From an uncultured bacterium (lineage in GTDB: Bacteria > Babelota > Babeliae > Babelales > Babelaceae), in assembly GCA_963819815.1 (NCBI GenBank), contig CAWFXL010000001.1, positions 224,001-288,000 on the forward strand: 64,000 nucleotides of DNA, in the 5' to 3' direction. Below are positions 1 through 9,917 of the stretch, one piece after another; the stretch's first letter is position 1; each line of letters opens with the position of its first letter. The position numbers and the translations under genes are program-made. The notes below the pieces were generated by a model, which worked only from the letters and a program-made list of their open reading frames with translations, was not told the origin of the DNA and ran no database searches.

Positions 1-308
1 ACCTTTACTTCAAAATAATGCAACGATTTTAAGCTCAACAAAACCTATGAATGAGTGCTACAGTGAGCTCTATGCATTAAAAAACTGCTCTGAAATGATT
101 GAAGTACACCCAAACTGTAAAAATGAGACCCAGGCTGTTCATCTATGTATCATTGCCAAAAGTCCTTCGTCACTGAAAGTGTTTGACTTCGGGCAAGAAG
201 GGGCTGCTCTTGGGCTGTTTGTTATTATTTTGTTTTATCTCTGCTGTAGATAAATACAAGGTATCCTTTGCATGGGTGCATGTTGCTATCTATGGTAGCA
301 TTCGCAAC

Positions 309-632
309 CTAGGATTTTTTATCTTGCAAAAGCTTTGATTCCGACCAGAGAATGGTTGCAAAGTAGGAGGTAGCAGCCATACTGAATCCTGCTCCTGTAT
401 ATCCAAGCGCAAGCATAAAAAGCTTCCCATGAGATAGGGAAGGTGAATCTTGTGCTTGCCAATATAAATAGGCATACGTTCCCATAAGACAGCATCCTGC
501 ATAGGTGGTGAGAAACTTTTGAAAGGAACTGTTTTGTTGTGGCGACGGGGTAGTGCGTTCAGATTGAGCTGCCTGGAGTGATAGTGCAATGGTACTTACT
601 AAAAGGGTACTTACTAAAAAAATACGTTTCAT
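309..632 (-). CDS. Small exported/membrane hypothetical protein
   Basis: 107-aa ORF with signal-peptide-like N-terminus (MKRIFLVSTLLVSTIALSLQA) and two hydrophobic segments; ATGA overlap with the upstream ORF. Confidence 0.6.
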   Translation of the reverse strand: MKRIFLVSTLLVSTIALSLQAAQSERTTPSPQQNSSFQKFLTTYAGCCLMGTYAYLYWQAQDSPSLSHGKLFMLALGYTGAGFSMAATSYFATILWSESKLLQDKKS

Positions 633-955
633 ACATGCCCCTTTATCAAGTGATTAGTGAGGAAAATGGTTTTACTCGAAAGAGTACTCCAAAATACATT
701 CCCAAGCCCAAAAGAGAGGGTAGCCCCAGTGAGTAAGCAAGTAATCTTTTCTTGGAAATTTGCTCTCCTGAGGTGTATGAAATCAAGTATAGAAAGCCGT
801 AAGTACTTGCTGAGCTCAACCCGAAATATTTCATGTGCTGTAGTTGTTTTGGAGTTAGAATTTTTTTCGTAGGTTGTTTTTGTAGACTCAGGTAGGGGAT
901 TGACTGCCCATAGAGGAGTCATACATATAACAAGGAGAAAAAGAACTGCTTTCAC
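629..955 (-). CDS. Small exported hypothetical protein
   Basis: GTG start with AAGGA upstream, signal-peptide-like MKAVLFLLVICMTPLWA; coupled to 309..632. Confidence 0.55.
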   Translation of the reverse strand: MKAVLFLLVICMTPLWAVNPLPESTKTTYEKNSNSKTTTAHEIFRVELSKYLRLSILDFIHLRRANFQEKITCLLTGATLSFGLGNVFWSTLSSKTIFLTNHLIKGHV

Positions 956-1343
956 GAAGATCCTTGGTAAGTCTATTAAACTAGGTAATGCCTATTAGTA
1001 TGCCGCTCCCCAATCAGTTAGTCAATGCCATTCTATTCACATTGTTAACACCTTCAGAAGCTGAGTTCGGGCATGCGGAAGTACTGCATACGTAGATTTG
1101 CTGGGTGAGCATCATGTTCGTTTGCTCGGTAACTGTGTGTGATCGTAGGTAGTCTTTGAACGGACCTGATTTTTCAGCTTGCACTATTTAGAACACCCGC
1201 CACACTAGTAGCCAAACAAAGAATCTAACATCAATTCGATGACTGAATGATTTTTTTGTAAAATTTATCTCCAAAGCTAACTTATAGTGCATTAATCAAC
1301 AAATATTTACAAAAATATCAACAAATTTTGTAAATTGTGCTCG

Positions 1344-1394
1344 TGTCCGTTATGGAGGTACAAAAAATCAATTTTTAGACTTGCATAACGGACA
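1344..1394. promoter_or_regulatory. 11-bp inverted repeat upstream of AAA+ ATPase gene (candidate operator)
   Basis: TGTCCGTTATG (1344-1354) and CATAACGGACA (1384-1394). Confidence 0.45.
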
Positions 1395-1533
1395 AAAAAC
1401 CAATAATGAATGATGGTCTTAGGTATATATACTCGGCAGATAGAGGTCAAAACTATTATTCATAAGGTCTTTTTATGACAAAGCAAGCTGTCCTTTACAA
1501 AGTGCTAAAAATCATATAAAGTAGACTAACGTA

Positions 1534-2874
1534 ATGGACAGTTTTTTTAGAAGGGGGGCTGATGCTATGGTTAAGTTGTTTGAAGAGATGATCAGAGAGT
1601 TTCACGCATCCCATATACCAACGCCTAGCAGAAGAGATATCTTTATTCCTAGCTTTCCTGAGCATGTGCGTAAGGCTTTAGTATTTATAGGCATGAGAAG
1701 AAGCGGGAAGACGTGGATGCTCTACCAAGTCATGAAAGATCTCATGGCGCAAGGTGTAGACATAACCAAAATAGTCTACATTAATTTTGAGGATGAGCGC
1801 CTGAGTGATATGCAAAAAAATAATTTTCAGGACATTCTCAAGGCTTATTTTCAGCTTTTTCCAGAGTATACGCACAGAAGAGATATACACTTCTTTTTTG
1901 ACGAAATACATGAAATTCCATTGTGGGAAAAGTTCATTCGGCGTCTGCTGGACCAGGGACATATGAACCTCTACATAACAGGCTCATCATCTAAGATGCT
2001 CAGTAAAGAGATAGCCACATCTTTACGGGATAGAACGTATTCACTCGAGGTCTATCCTTTCAGCTTTGGCGAAGTACTACGGCAAAAAAATATTGCAACA
2101 ACAGAGCCAATCGTGGGTCGCACTAAGAACCAGGTAATACATCAATTAAGAATTTTTCTAGAGAGAGGTGGTTTTCCCGAGGTACTGGATCGCTCTTCGC
2201 AGGAACATCGAAATCTTTTACAAGAGTACACCTCAACTGTTCTTTATCGCGATATAGTCGATAGATATGGGGTTCGAAGCATTCTTGTTCTTAAGCACCT
2301 ATTAACGCATAGCTTAAGAAATAGTGCAACACAGTTTAGTATCACAAAAATGCATAACTCTCTTAAGTCTATGGGCATCGATGCAAGCAGAACTGCGATG
2401 TATGAATTTATGGGTTATTTCGAGGATGCTTACTGCGTTTTTTCGCTCGATAAATACACTATCTCTTTCCGCAAATCATCTCAGAGTGTTAAAAAAATTT
2501 TTGCGGTAGATCAAGGACTGATAACATCAGTAACCATGGCAAGCAAACTTGATGAATCGGCACAACTTGAAACAGCGGTTTTTGCGCATCTTCGTCGCCA
2601 AACATCTCAGTTATTCTACTATCGTTCTTCTGATAATAAAGAGGTAGATTTTATAAGCATTTTAGATGACCAAACAATGCATCTTTATCAAGTTTCGTTA
2701 TCAATAGCAGATGAGGAAACAAGAAAAAGAGAAGTCAGTGCTTTAGAGACAGCTATGAAAGAGCTTCAGATTCAAAGTGGAACGATCATAACACTGGATG
2801 AAAATGAAATAATTACTACTTCATACGGAACGATCTACGTTGTTCCTGCTTGGAAGCTTTTTTTGGGTCTCTAA
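1534..2874 (+). CDS. AAA+ ATPase, AAA_14 + DUF4143 type
   Basis: Walker A GMRRSGKT, YINFEDER, Walker B FFFDEIH, ITGSSSKML, GGFPE, C-terminal YYR...EVDF; start may be ATG 1567. Confidence 0.9.
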   Translation: MDSFFRRGADAMVKLFEEMIREFHASHIPTPSRRDIFIPSFPEHVRKALVFIGMRRSGKTWMLYQVMKDLMAQGVDITKIVYINFEDERLSDMQKNNFQDILKAYFQLFPEYTHRRDIHFFFDEIHEIPLWEKFIRRLLDQGHMNLYITGSSSKMLSKEIATSLRDRTYSLEVYPFSFGEVLRQKNIATTEPIVGRTKNQVIHQLRIFLERGGFPEVLDRSSQEHRNLLQEYTSTVLYRDIVDRYGVRSILVLKHLLTHSLRNSATQFSITKMHNSLKSMGIDASRTAMYEFMGYFEDAYCVFSLDKYTISFRKSSQSVKKIFAVDQGLITSVTMASKLDESAQLETAVFAHLRRQTSQLFYYRSSDNKEVDFISILDDQTMHLYQVSLSIADEETRKREVSALETAMKELQIQSGTIITLDENEIITTSYGTIYVVPAWKLFLGL

Positions 2875-2896
2875 AGTCCTCTCAAAATTTTAGTTC

Positions 2897-2950
2897 ATAG
2901 CCAGAAAACCCCATGGCTTTTTAAGCCTGGGGATGAATGGCAATCCTTAC
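2897..2950 (+). repeat. 54-bp dispersed hairpin repeat, copy 1 (IS200/IS605-end-like)
   Basis: 51/54 identical to 44131-44184; hairpin CCCCA-T-GGCTT-TTT-AAGCC-TGGGG followed by ATGAATGGCAA. Confidence 0.75.
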
Positions 2951-3009
2951 TATTTGCCTAAATAGCAGCTATCAGACTAGGCTCATTTAAACGTGCCCGA
3001 CTTTTCAGC

Positions 3010-3037
3010 TTGCAATTTCTAGAGCTCCCGCTATACT
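3010..3037 (+). promoter_or_regulatory. Sigma70-like promoter
   Basis: TTGCAA-16 nt-TATACT ending 55 nt before ATG 3093; RBS AGAGGA. Confidence 0.55.
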
Positions 3038-3092
3038 AATAATCAAATAGTAATTTAATCAAGAATTGATAATTTCACGTAGAAGAGGATTT

Positions 3093-3740
3093 ATGAATCG
3101 TGTATTTCTCTATGTAGCTCTTATGAGCAGCTTTTCAACATCTGTGCATCTTATGAATGGCTCAAGCATAGCTACTCTTGAGGTGCAGGCATTAGAAGAA
3201 CAAGAAGCTCAAGCTGATATCTGTTCTACCTGCCGTGAATCCCTTGGGCCAGTATTAGAAGTCCTCGTTAAAGAACATAATCAATATATCAAGCTGTCTC
3301 CAGAAGTATTAAAAGCTACTCCTGAAGAGCGTAAAGCTTCTTTGCTGAGGCTCTCAGCCGATCCTGCTATGCCAGCAGCACAGAAACGATTAATTCAAAA
3401 TACAATCCTTCAAGAGCAGGAGCTCTTTGATAAAGTCACGAAAAAATATACGGCAGCTCAAACTCGTTTAAAAAAGATTAAGGAACAGTTACTGAGTGCA
3501 GAGTTTCTGGAGGGTGTGCAAGATGGATTCACTAAAGAGATCACAAAAGCGAGGCAACAGTTGAACTCTCCGGGTATTACTGATGAAGAAAAGGTACCTC
3601 TTAAGGACGATATAGCTAGATGGGAATCGATCAAGAGTGACATTATGAAGTTTAGTGCACTTGTGACAAGCATACGCTCTGCTTCTGAGCAAGAGGATAT
3701 TACTGGAGCACTTGAGCGACGAAATGCTCAAGTTGCCTAG
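3093..3740 (+). CDS. N-terminal part of a frameshifted RING-H2 protein (signal peptide, first CxxC, coiled coil)
   Basis: DICSTCRESL then a long charged helical region; continues in the +1 frame into 3712..4950. Confidence 0.7.
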   Translation: MNRVFLYVALMSSFSTSVHLMNGSSIATLEVQALEEQEAQADICSTCRESLGPVLEVLVKEHNQYIKLSPEVLKATPEERKASLLRLSADPAMPAAQKRLIQNTILQEQELFDKVTKKYTAAQTRLKKIKEQLLSAEFLEGVQDGFTKEITKARQQLNSPGITDEEKVPLKDDIARWESIKSDIMKFSALVTSIRSASEQEDITGALERRNAQVA

Positions 3741-4950
3741 CGTAGAAGCACGGTATAACAAGACTATTGATAGTATGCTTGAAATAGAATTATTAAGAGA
3801 AGCAAAAGAAACCCACTTACATTGTGCACATAGATTCCATAAAGACTGCCTTGATTCCCATTTCAAATCACAAAGCATCACCTTGCCTTCTGTTTCCATG
3901 CAATGTCCTACCTGTAGGGCCGATTTAGATGAGAGTGATCTTCATAGCATTTCAATAGAGCTTACCCTTGATGATTATATTGGCTTTATAAACAATAAGC
4001 TTTGCGATCTTCTCCCTATGACGAACCGCACTCATCTTACTAGGTTTTTAGCAGATCCTCTGCTAGTCGGGGAACTAGAAACCATGCTAGGACTCTCGCG
4101 GGCTGAGGTAGAACAAATCATATCTAAGCTGAAAGAGCTGCTTGCGAGTCTTACTGTTGAGAATCTTATGCAAAAGGGATTTCATGGTCTCATACAAGAA
4201 AAATTTCCGAGCTACTCAAAGGAACACGTAGCTTATGACATCAATCGTCTTGTAAAAACCATTGTCGCCTTACTTAACATACTAACATTCCTGGATGATG
4301 AGTTGTTGTCTGATACCGAGGCTGGGCCAGTTCTTAAGAGTCTTATGCTATTGTTATTAAAGGTACCAGAGCCTCAGCTGCAAGCGGATAGTCCCGCCCT
4401 TTTTCAGAGCATCGTAAATTCTGATGCATTGATACGATGCGGTGTCAACTTAGCGCTGCCTTTCGTTGTGGACGGGATTAATGCTTTTTTGAGCATGCCT
4501 GTAAGGCGTAGCCGCACGGCAATAGTCACTCTGCAAATTATTCATTTCCTTGAATGTCAAGCGAGACAAGATAATCAAATCTTTGTTGAACGTTTACATC
4601 GTTCTTTGTATCCCATAAGGTTAAACGAAGGATCTGCTGCTATTGTTGCAGATCTACTTCTATCTCAAGCTACAGGTGACACATTGCATGAAGCTCTGAG
4701 AAATCTTATCAATCATAATCCGGCTCTTCGTTCCCAAATACGAAGTGCTGCAGCTCTTCACATAGAGCATCAAGAACAAACCCATGCCCAAATTCGAAGA
4801 AGGTTTTGCATGTGTAATCACCAGATTAAGTTTTTTCTTGGAGCTTCACTTTATACATTCATCGTTATTGTGGCGACCCATTTTCTTCGAGACTACATGG
4901 AACAAGCGCATGCATTAAGAACTACTACACAAAACGTGCCATTCTTATAA
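3712..4950 (+). CDS. C-terminal part of the RING-H2 protein (putative E3 ligase-like effector) with C-terminal TM helix
   Basis: LHCAHRFHKDC...QCPTCR (C-x-H-x2-H-x2-C...C-x2-C); hydrophobic FFLGASLYTFIVIVATHFL near the end. Confidence 0.75.
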   Translation: MSDEMLKLPSVEARYNKTIDSMLEIELLREAKETHLHCAHRFHKDCLDSHFKSQSITLPSVSMQCPTCRADLDESDLHSISIELTLDDYIGFINNKLCDLLPMTNRTHLTRFLADPLLVGELETMLGLSRAEVEQIISKLKELLASLTVENLMQKGFHGLIQEKFPSYSKEHVAYDINRLVKTIVALLNILTFLDDELLSDTEAGPVLKSLMLLLLKVPEPQLQADSPALFQSIVNSDALIRCGVNLALPFVVDGINAFLSMPVRRSRTAIVTLQIIHFLECQARQDNQIFVERLHRSLYPIRLNEGSAAIVADLLLSQATGDTLHEALRNLINHNPALRSQIRSAAALHIEHQEQTHAQIRRRFCMCNHQIKFFLGASLYTFIVIVATHFLRDYMEQAHALRTTTQNVPFL

Positions 4951-5856
4951 AAGGGTTGTCCGATCTTTGCGTTTCTGCGTATTGATATGTTGAACATGCT
5001 TCATTCCATTGCCGACTTCAACATAGTCTAGGCAGAGGAAGGTTGGCAGATGCGATGGTTGAGATTGAGTATCAAGGCCCCGTGAGAGGGCTCTTTTAAG
5101 AAATGCATCTAAGCTTTCAGTATTAATCCGCTCATAAGCATTATTAGTATTTAAATCAAAAAAGGGAAAATAATTTAAGAGGTATAAGGATCGACGCTCC
5201 TTTTTATGGGCCTTTGATTCAGGGCGTTCTCTGCATGCTCGTGCAGGATGGAGAGCTCCCCATTGATTTTCAACAACATGGCGCCATTGATCAAAGCAAT
5301 ATTTTGTTTCACCCGTCGCATTAAAAATAATTAACCGTTTATTAGTCGTCCGCATCCATTCAAAGGTAGGCCAATTTGGTGTGGCTGGATTGGTACGTAG
5401 GATGTAGGTATCAAGGCCCGCCTTTAAAAAGCAGCTGTCGAGAAGGGAAGAGTCTTTTACGTAATTCTCAAGAAATATCGTAAGTACTTCTAAGGGATTA
5501 TCCTCAAGAAACTGACGAATCATTTCAAGTGCCCGCAAAAAGGGCATAGGCTCTTTACCTCGGCAAATAAGCCTTGTGAGAAAGGACGTTTTATGTATAA
5601 GTACGACATCGTTTTTTGACTCACCTATATCGAGCATGAGACCTCGCACACCATACGCAAGCTGCTTTTCGATGCTTAAGCTTTGCTGAGCATAGAGATA
5701 ACCATGCTCAAGTGCTGCATAAGAATTATGTGAGGTGAAATGACACACTTCATCATACCGCAGTTTCCCCTCAAATGGCTCCCAACTGCCGTATACAAAA
5801 TGACAAAAAAAAGCACAAAAAAAGGCCCTCGAAAGGGCTGTAAACAAACTGTTCAT
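4945..5856 (-). CDS. PI-PLC X-domain / PLC-like phosphodiesterase, exported
   Basis: TSHNSY, Q..SIEKQL..GVRGLMLD, LIH and EVLTIFLENY motifs; signal peptide; RBS GGAGG before ATG 5856. Confidence 0.85.
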   Translation of the reverse strand: MNSLFTALSRAFFCAFFCHFVYGSWEPFEGKLRYDEVCHFTSHNSYAALEHGYLYAQQSLSIEKQLAYGVRGLMLDIGESKNDVVLIHKTSFLTRLICRGKEPMPFLRALEMIRQFLEDNPLEVLTIFLENYVKDSSLLDSCFLKAGLDTYILRTNPATPNWPTFEWMRTTNKRLIIFNATGETKYCFDQWRHVVENQWGALHPARACRERPESKAHKKERRSLYLLNYFPFFDLNTNNAYERINTESLDAFLKRALSRGLDTQSQPSHLPTFLCLDYVEVGNGMKHVQHINTQKRKDRTTLL

Positions 5857-5917
5857 AGTCCCTCCCCCTAGCACTTAGTATAGGCAATAGGGATGAGGAA
5901 ACACAAGAAAAGAATGG

Positions 5918-6595
5918 CTAATCAGAGATATAGTGATAAATCGCTTGCTTGGCAATCCAATCAGCAATAAATGGGAGGCGACACGCAGTGATCAATGAAC
6001 CTGCGATAAGCGTCTTCTGATTAATCTTTTCATCCATGAGGCCACTATAGGTTAAATTAACCGCATAACTGACGGTAGCATCCTCGACGAACCTGCGACC
6101 TATCTCGTATCCTTCATTTATTTTTTCTCCCTCTTTTGGTTCTGAATAGAATCCTATTTTAAAGGGGATTCGATAAATAGCATCAAGTATAGAGGGAATA
6201 CGTAGAGCATCGATTAAGGCACTTTTAATGAGAGCTTTGTGATTAGGCTTTTCGTCCTGCACATACGTCATTGCATAGCCCAGAGCATAACTGGTACCGG
6301 CATCTTCGACATAGGTAGAAGCCAAAGAAAAGAGATTACTTTTCCAGGTGGGCTTTTCTATAAGCTTTGCTGTAGTCTTTTCTGTTGGTTTCTTTGACCT
6401 TGCATCCTCTGATTCCTCCTTTTGAATGGGCCTTCTTTGTTGAAGATAGGCTTTTCTTAGCCGTTTAATGGGGTCGAGCTCTTCTTCAGTCTTTGAAGAA
6501 ATACCCTGTGAGATTTGTACTGGCTCATCTACAGCGTAGAGCTGATGGGCTCCAACGCATGCACCGATGAACAGAACTAGAACTAATTTTTTCAT
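5918..6595 (-). CDS. Exported hypothetical protein with two internal ~46-aa repeats
   Basis: Signal peptide; VEDAGTSYA...DEK.N.K.LI...LR.P occurs twice. Confidence 0.75.
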   Translation of the reverse strand: MKKLVLVLFIGACVGAHQLYAVDEPVQISQGISSKTEEELDPIKRLRKAYLQQRRPIQKEESEDARSKKPTEKTTAKLIEKPTWKSNLFSLASTYVEDAGTSYALGYAMTYVQDEKPNHKALIKSALIDALRIPSILDAIYRIPFKIGFYSEPKEGEKINEGYEIGRRFVEDATVSYAVNLTYSGLMDEKINQKTLIAGSLITACRLPFIADWIAKQAIYHYISD

Positions 6596-6839
6596 AAGTA
6601 TTTGACCTTCTTAGTAGGGCGAGCCTCTGCGCTTGCCTATATCTCAAGGATACGACAAGCATTTCTTAACGTCAAAAGGCCCATGAATTCTTCTATGGAA
6701 GATGAAAATGGTGGGAAGTTCTATTATTATCATAATCTGGTAGTGCTTTAAAGAGTTGAATCGTTGAAAAATACTTCTCATTGACCATATTCGGATTTGT
6801 CGAAAGTGGGTGGCGGGTGACTCCATACAGTCAGGCATA

Positions 6840-7341
6840 GGGTTCTGTCAATTGCCCAATACTACTATCTAATAAAGGTTTTGACAGTTGCTCAAAGGGT
6901 GTAATTATTAATTTCAGGAAAGGAATTGAGTGGCTTTTGTCTACGATCTTCTTTACTGGCGGCATGATTTGGGAGGAGGTTTTTATGCAAGAAAGAAGGA
7001 GTATTGTGGACTATTGCCCCTCTTAAACCGGGAAGAGGCTGGTTCTATAGGGGGTGGTTTTACCTTCTTGTGCAAATCGGTCTAATCTGTGGGGAAAAGA
7101 TAGGTTTTCGAGGGTCTATGAACCTATTCTTAGGGATGAACGTACTTGGGAAAAGGGGGAGAAAACCCTCGTGGTCCTTGGTAGAAAAATGTTGTGAAAG
7201 GGATAGGTCACCTAGATCAGAAAATCCCTTGAAATCGAATTATTCATGAAAAAAAGTCCTTCCTAAACCCTAAGAATATGATAGAGTAGTGAGTGTTCTT
7301 AACAGGGGTGTTAACAAAACAATTTTTAAGCTAGGTGTACC
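6840..7341. other. Possible replication origin region upstream of dnaA
   Basis: Long gene-free stretch before dnaA; only degenerate co-oriented DnaA-box-like 9-mers (TGTGGACTA 7005, TGTGCAAAT 7069, TGGGGAAAA 7090, TGTGAAAGG 7193). Confidence 0.3.
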
Positions 7342-8700
7342 ATGGTGAACAGAGCCACATTATGGCAGGATCTCCTATTAATGCTTACTGACGAAGTGGG
7401 TAGCAGGGTAGTAGAAACCTGGTTTAAAGCAATATCATTTTCTCGATGGGATGCAGATACTAAGACGGCCTACGTGAGCGCTCCAAATGCCTTTGTACGC
7501 GATTGGGTCTCATCACAATACCAAGGTCTTTTAAAAACCCATCTAAGTAGGCTTCTTAATACGAATGTTTCGCTTACTTTTATAGATGAGAGTAAAACTG
7601 GCGTACAAAAGGTCGAAAAAGATAAACCTTCGATGTCTCGAATGCCTAAAGCTCCAGATGCTCAAAGTTCACGTAATCAAATAAGTGCTCGGTACGGATT
7701 TGATAGTTATATCATAGGTGAGCATAATTCAGTTGCTGTCGCAGCTGCTCAGGCAGTTGCTGAAAAGCCGGGGGTTCTGTATAATCCTTTTTTTATTACC
7801 GGCGGCTCTGGGATGGGAAAAACCCATCTTTTGCAGGCGATCGGTAATCAGATAAAGCATACGCATCCTCAGGCAAAAGTGGTTTACCAGTCTGGTGATA
7901 GATTTGTGCATGAATTTGTGAATGCGATTCGGTACGGTAAGATCAAAAACTTTGAGGAGCGCTATAAGGATGCTGATGTACTCTTGGTTGATGATATTCA
8001 GCTGCTATCTCATAAGGAGCAGACCCAAGAAGCGTTCTTCCATATTTTTTCGACACTATATGAAAAAGGAAAACAGATCATCTTTGCCTCTGATGTCCTT
8101 CCTGACCAAATTGAAGGACTGTCAGAGCGCCTTAAATCCCGGCTAAATGGCTCATTGATAGCAGATATCCAGCCACCTTCAGTGGCAACAAAAATAGCTA
8201 TCGTTCAAAATAAAGCGCTTCTTCAAAAGACTCCTATCAGGGATGATGTCGCTTCCTTTATTGCTACACGTTCTTCCTCAAACGTACGTGAACTTGAAGG
8301 GCTGCTGATTCGTGTCCTTGCTTTTGCTGCCTTGACTCACCAAGTACTTACGGTTGATCTTGCTCACAAGGTGCTTGCGAGAACGACCATTGAGACAAGA
8401 CAACAGGCGCTGCTCGATTTACCTCAGGTGGCATCCTGTGTGGCGAAGCACTTTAGTACCAGTATTGCTGAACTGCGGTCCACAAAGCGGCAAAAGAATC
8501 TTGTAGATGCGCGGCACGTTGCTATGTATTTTATGAAGAAGCACACAGAAAATTCATTACGTGACATTGCTGCTTATTGGTGTCGTAAGGATCATACGAC
8601 CGTTATCCATGCGATTGCTAAGGTAGAAAAACTACGACTTCTCGATACGATACTCGATCAGAAGATGGCTGCTATTGAGCGGGAGCTTCTTCATCGGTAG
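7342..8700 (+). CDS. dnaA: Chromosomal replication initiator DnaA
   Basis: ETWF...APNAFVRDW domain I; YNPFFITGGSGMGKTHLL; LLVDDIQ; NVRELEG; domain IV ARHVAMY...RKDHTTV. Confidence 0.97.
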   Translation: MVNRATLWQDLLLMLTDEVGSRVVETWFKAISFSRWDADTKTAYVSAPNAFVRDWVSSQYQGLLKTHLSRLLNTNVSLTFIDESKTGVQKVEKDKPSMSRMPKAPDAQSSRNQISARYGFDSYIIGEHNSVAVAAAQAVAEKPGVLYNPFFITGGSGMGKTHLLQAIGNQIKHTHPQAKVVYQSGDRFVHEFVNAIRYGKIKNFEERYKDADVLLVDDIQLLSHKEQTQEAFFHIFSTLYEKGKQIIFASDVLPDQIEGLSERLKSRLNGSLIADIQPPSVATKIAIVQNKALLQKTPIRDDVASFIATRSSSNVRELEGLLIRVLAFAALTHQVLTVDLAHKVLARTTIETRQQALLDLPQVASCVAKHFSTSIAELRSTKRQKNLVDARHVAMYFMKKHTENSLRDIAAYWCRKDHTTVIHAIAKVEKLRLLDTILDQKMAAIERELLHR

Positions 8701-9772
8701 CATCTCTCTCTTCTTCATATAACGTGAAGAGTTCAGGTGTTGGATTAGTTTGCATGTCATGACGGTATTTTTTGTTGCGCATAAAATTATCTTGGACGCA
8801 TTTTCCGGTGAGTTGTAAATACCACGAGGAGTAGTTCTTGAAGGTCATCGGTTTTTTGAGACCGACCATCGTGGGGAAATGCTCGGTATCGATAATTACG
8901 ATTTTGCCCGTTCCTTTCTCTAAAAAAAAGTTATCGACGTGAGCATCCATACGATTCCCAATGTATGATGAGAAGGTAATTCCAAATCGCGTATCTCCTG
9001 TGTTTGAAATACTGAATTGTCTTTCGGCTTCTATAGCATCTACAACAACCCCATAAATGGAGGGGATACTAGTTTTACAGGGGCCATTGTTGCCAATATT
9101 ATTTCCTTCGATCGTGATATAGCGAACATTCTTAGGGGCCCAGTACCATTTGCGTGGGGTATCTACTAGTGAGCTCCAGTAGGGACTCTCATCGATTCGC
9201 TCTTGAATTTTTTCTAAGTTAGTTATGCGAGTAAAACCTGATAAATGCCTATTGGTGCCACCGCCCATACGGAAAAAGAACTTTGGAATAAGACCTTCAG
9301 AGAGTTTTACAAAGCTTTCTGGAGTTTTAAGAAAGAGTTTGAGTACAAATGGGTACTTCTTATATTTGAGGATAATGAGTCCTGAAGCGATTCGGGGATT
9401 AAAGTCGGATTTTTTGAGTACCGTAAAATCGGTATAGGTCTTCTTCTGTGCCTGAATCTCGAGTACTACATTTTCAGCAAGGCGCCCAAGTTCTTCAGTA
9501 TCTACGGTTTGTCCAGGATTTCTTCTATAGGGCAGGGGTTCTTGGGGAAGGAGATGCTCTTCAAAGTTTTTCTTATTGAATTTACAAAAGATGGCATGGT
9601 ACTCAAGGCAATGGTCCCGAAGGATATGCCTTGTAGAATCATCAGCCCAGTGAACCTGGATTTCGGGTGTCTGAGGATCTTCAGCCCGCCAGGGACTGCG
9701 ACCGGATTCGAGTGACATAGTTAGGCATATGAGCGCACAAAACGCCATATGCTGTGTACTGAGTTTGCTCAT
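8672..9772 (-). CDS. Exported hypothetical protein with possible atypical kinase-like fold
   Basis: FVLKL, DAHVDN and IIDTE resemble the kinase Lys, DxHxxN loop and DFG equivalent; signal-like N-terminus; 29-nt convergent overlap with dnaA. Confidence 0.55.
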   Translation of the reverse strand: MSKLSTQHMAFCALICLTMSLESGRSPWRAEDPQTPEIQVHWADDSTRHILRDHCLEYHAIFCKFNKKNFEEHLLPQEPLPYRRNPGQTVDTEELGRLAENVVLEIQAQKKTYTDFTVLKKSDFNPRIASGLIILKYKKYPFVLKLFLKTPESFVKLSEGLIPKFFFRMGGGTNRHLSGFTRITNLEKIQERIDESPYWSSLVDTPRKWYWAPKNVRYITIEGNNIGNNGPCKTSIPSIYGVVVDAIEAERQFSISNTGDTRFGITFSSYIGNRMDAHVDNFFLEKGTGKIVIIDTEHFPTMVGLKKPMTFKNYSSWYLQLTGKCVQDNFMRNKKYRHDMQTNPTPELFTLYEEERDATDEEAPAQ

Positions 9773-9917
9773 GTACTTCTCCCCCTAAGTTTCAGGGTAC
9801 CAAATTCTGTCTTCCTCACACAAGAGTTCAAAAATGGTTGATTTTTCAAATAATTGTCTGCTACTATGAGGTCAGTAGTAGTAAGTATCAATCACGTACA
9901 AAGAAGAAGGGGTACGT

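Noticed and set aside
591..620. 15-bp tandem duplication GGTACTTACTAAAA
   Set aside because: In-frame micro-duplication within a signal peptide (LVST twice); no wider significance evident
3730..3745. prfB-like +1 frameshift at GCC TAG C
   Set aside because: GCC-to-CCT re-pairing is poor and there is no properly spaced internal SD; indel error or mutation is more likely
7004..7249. 81-aa ORF upstream of dnaA
   Set aside because: TTG start, no recognisable features; more likely regulatory/origin DNA
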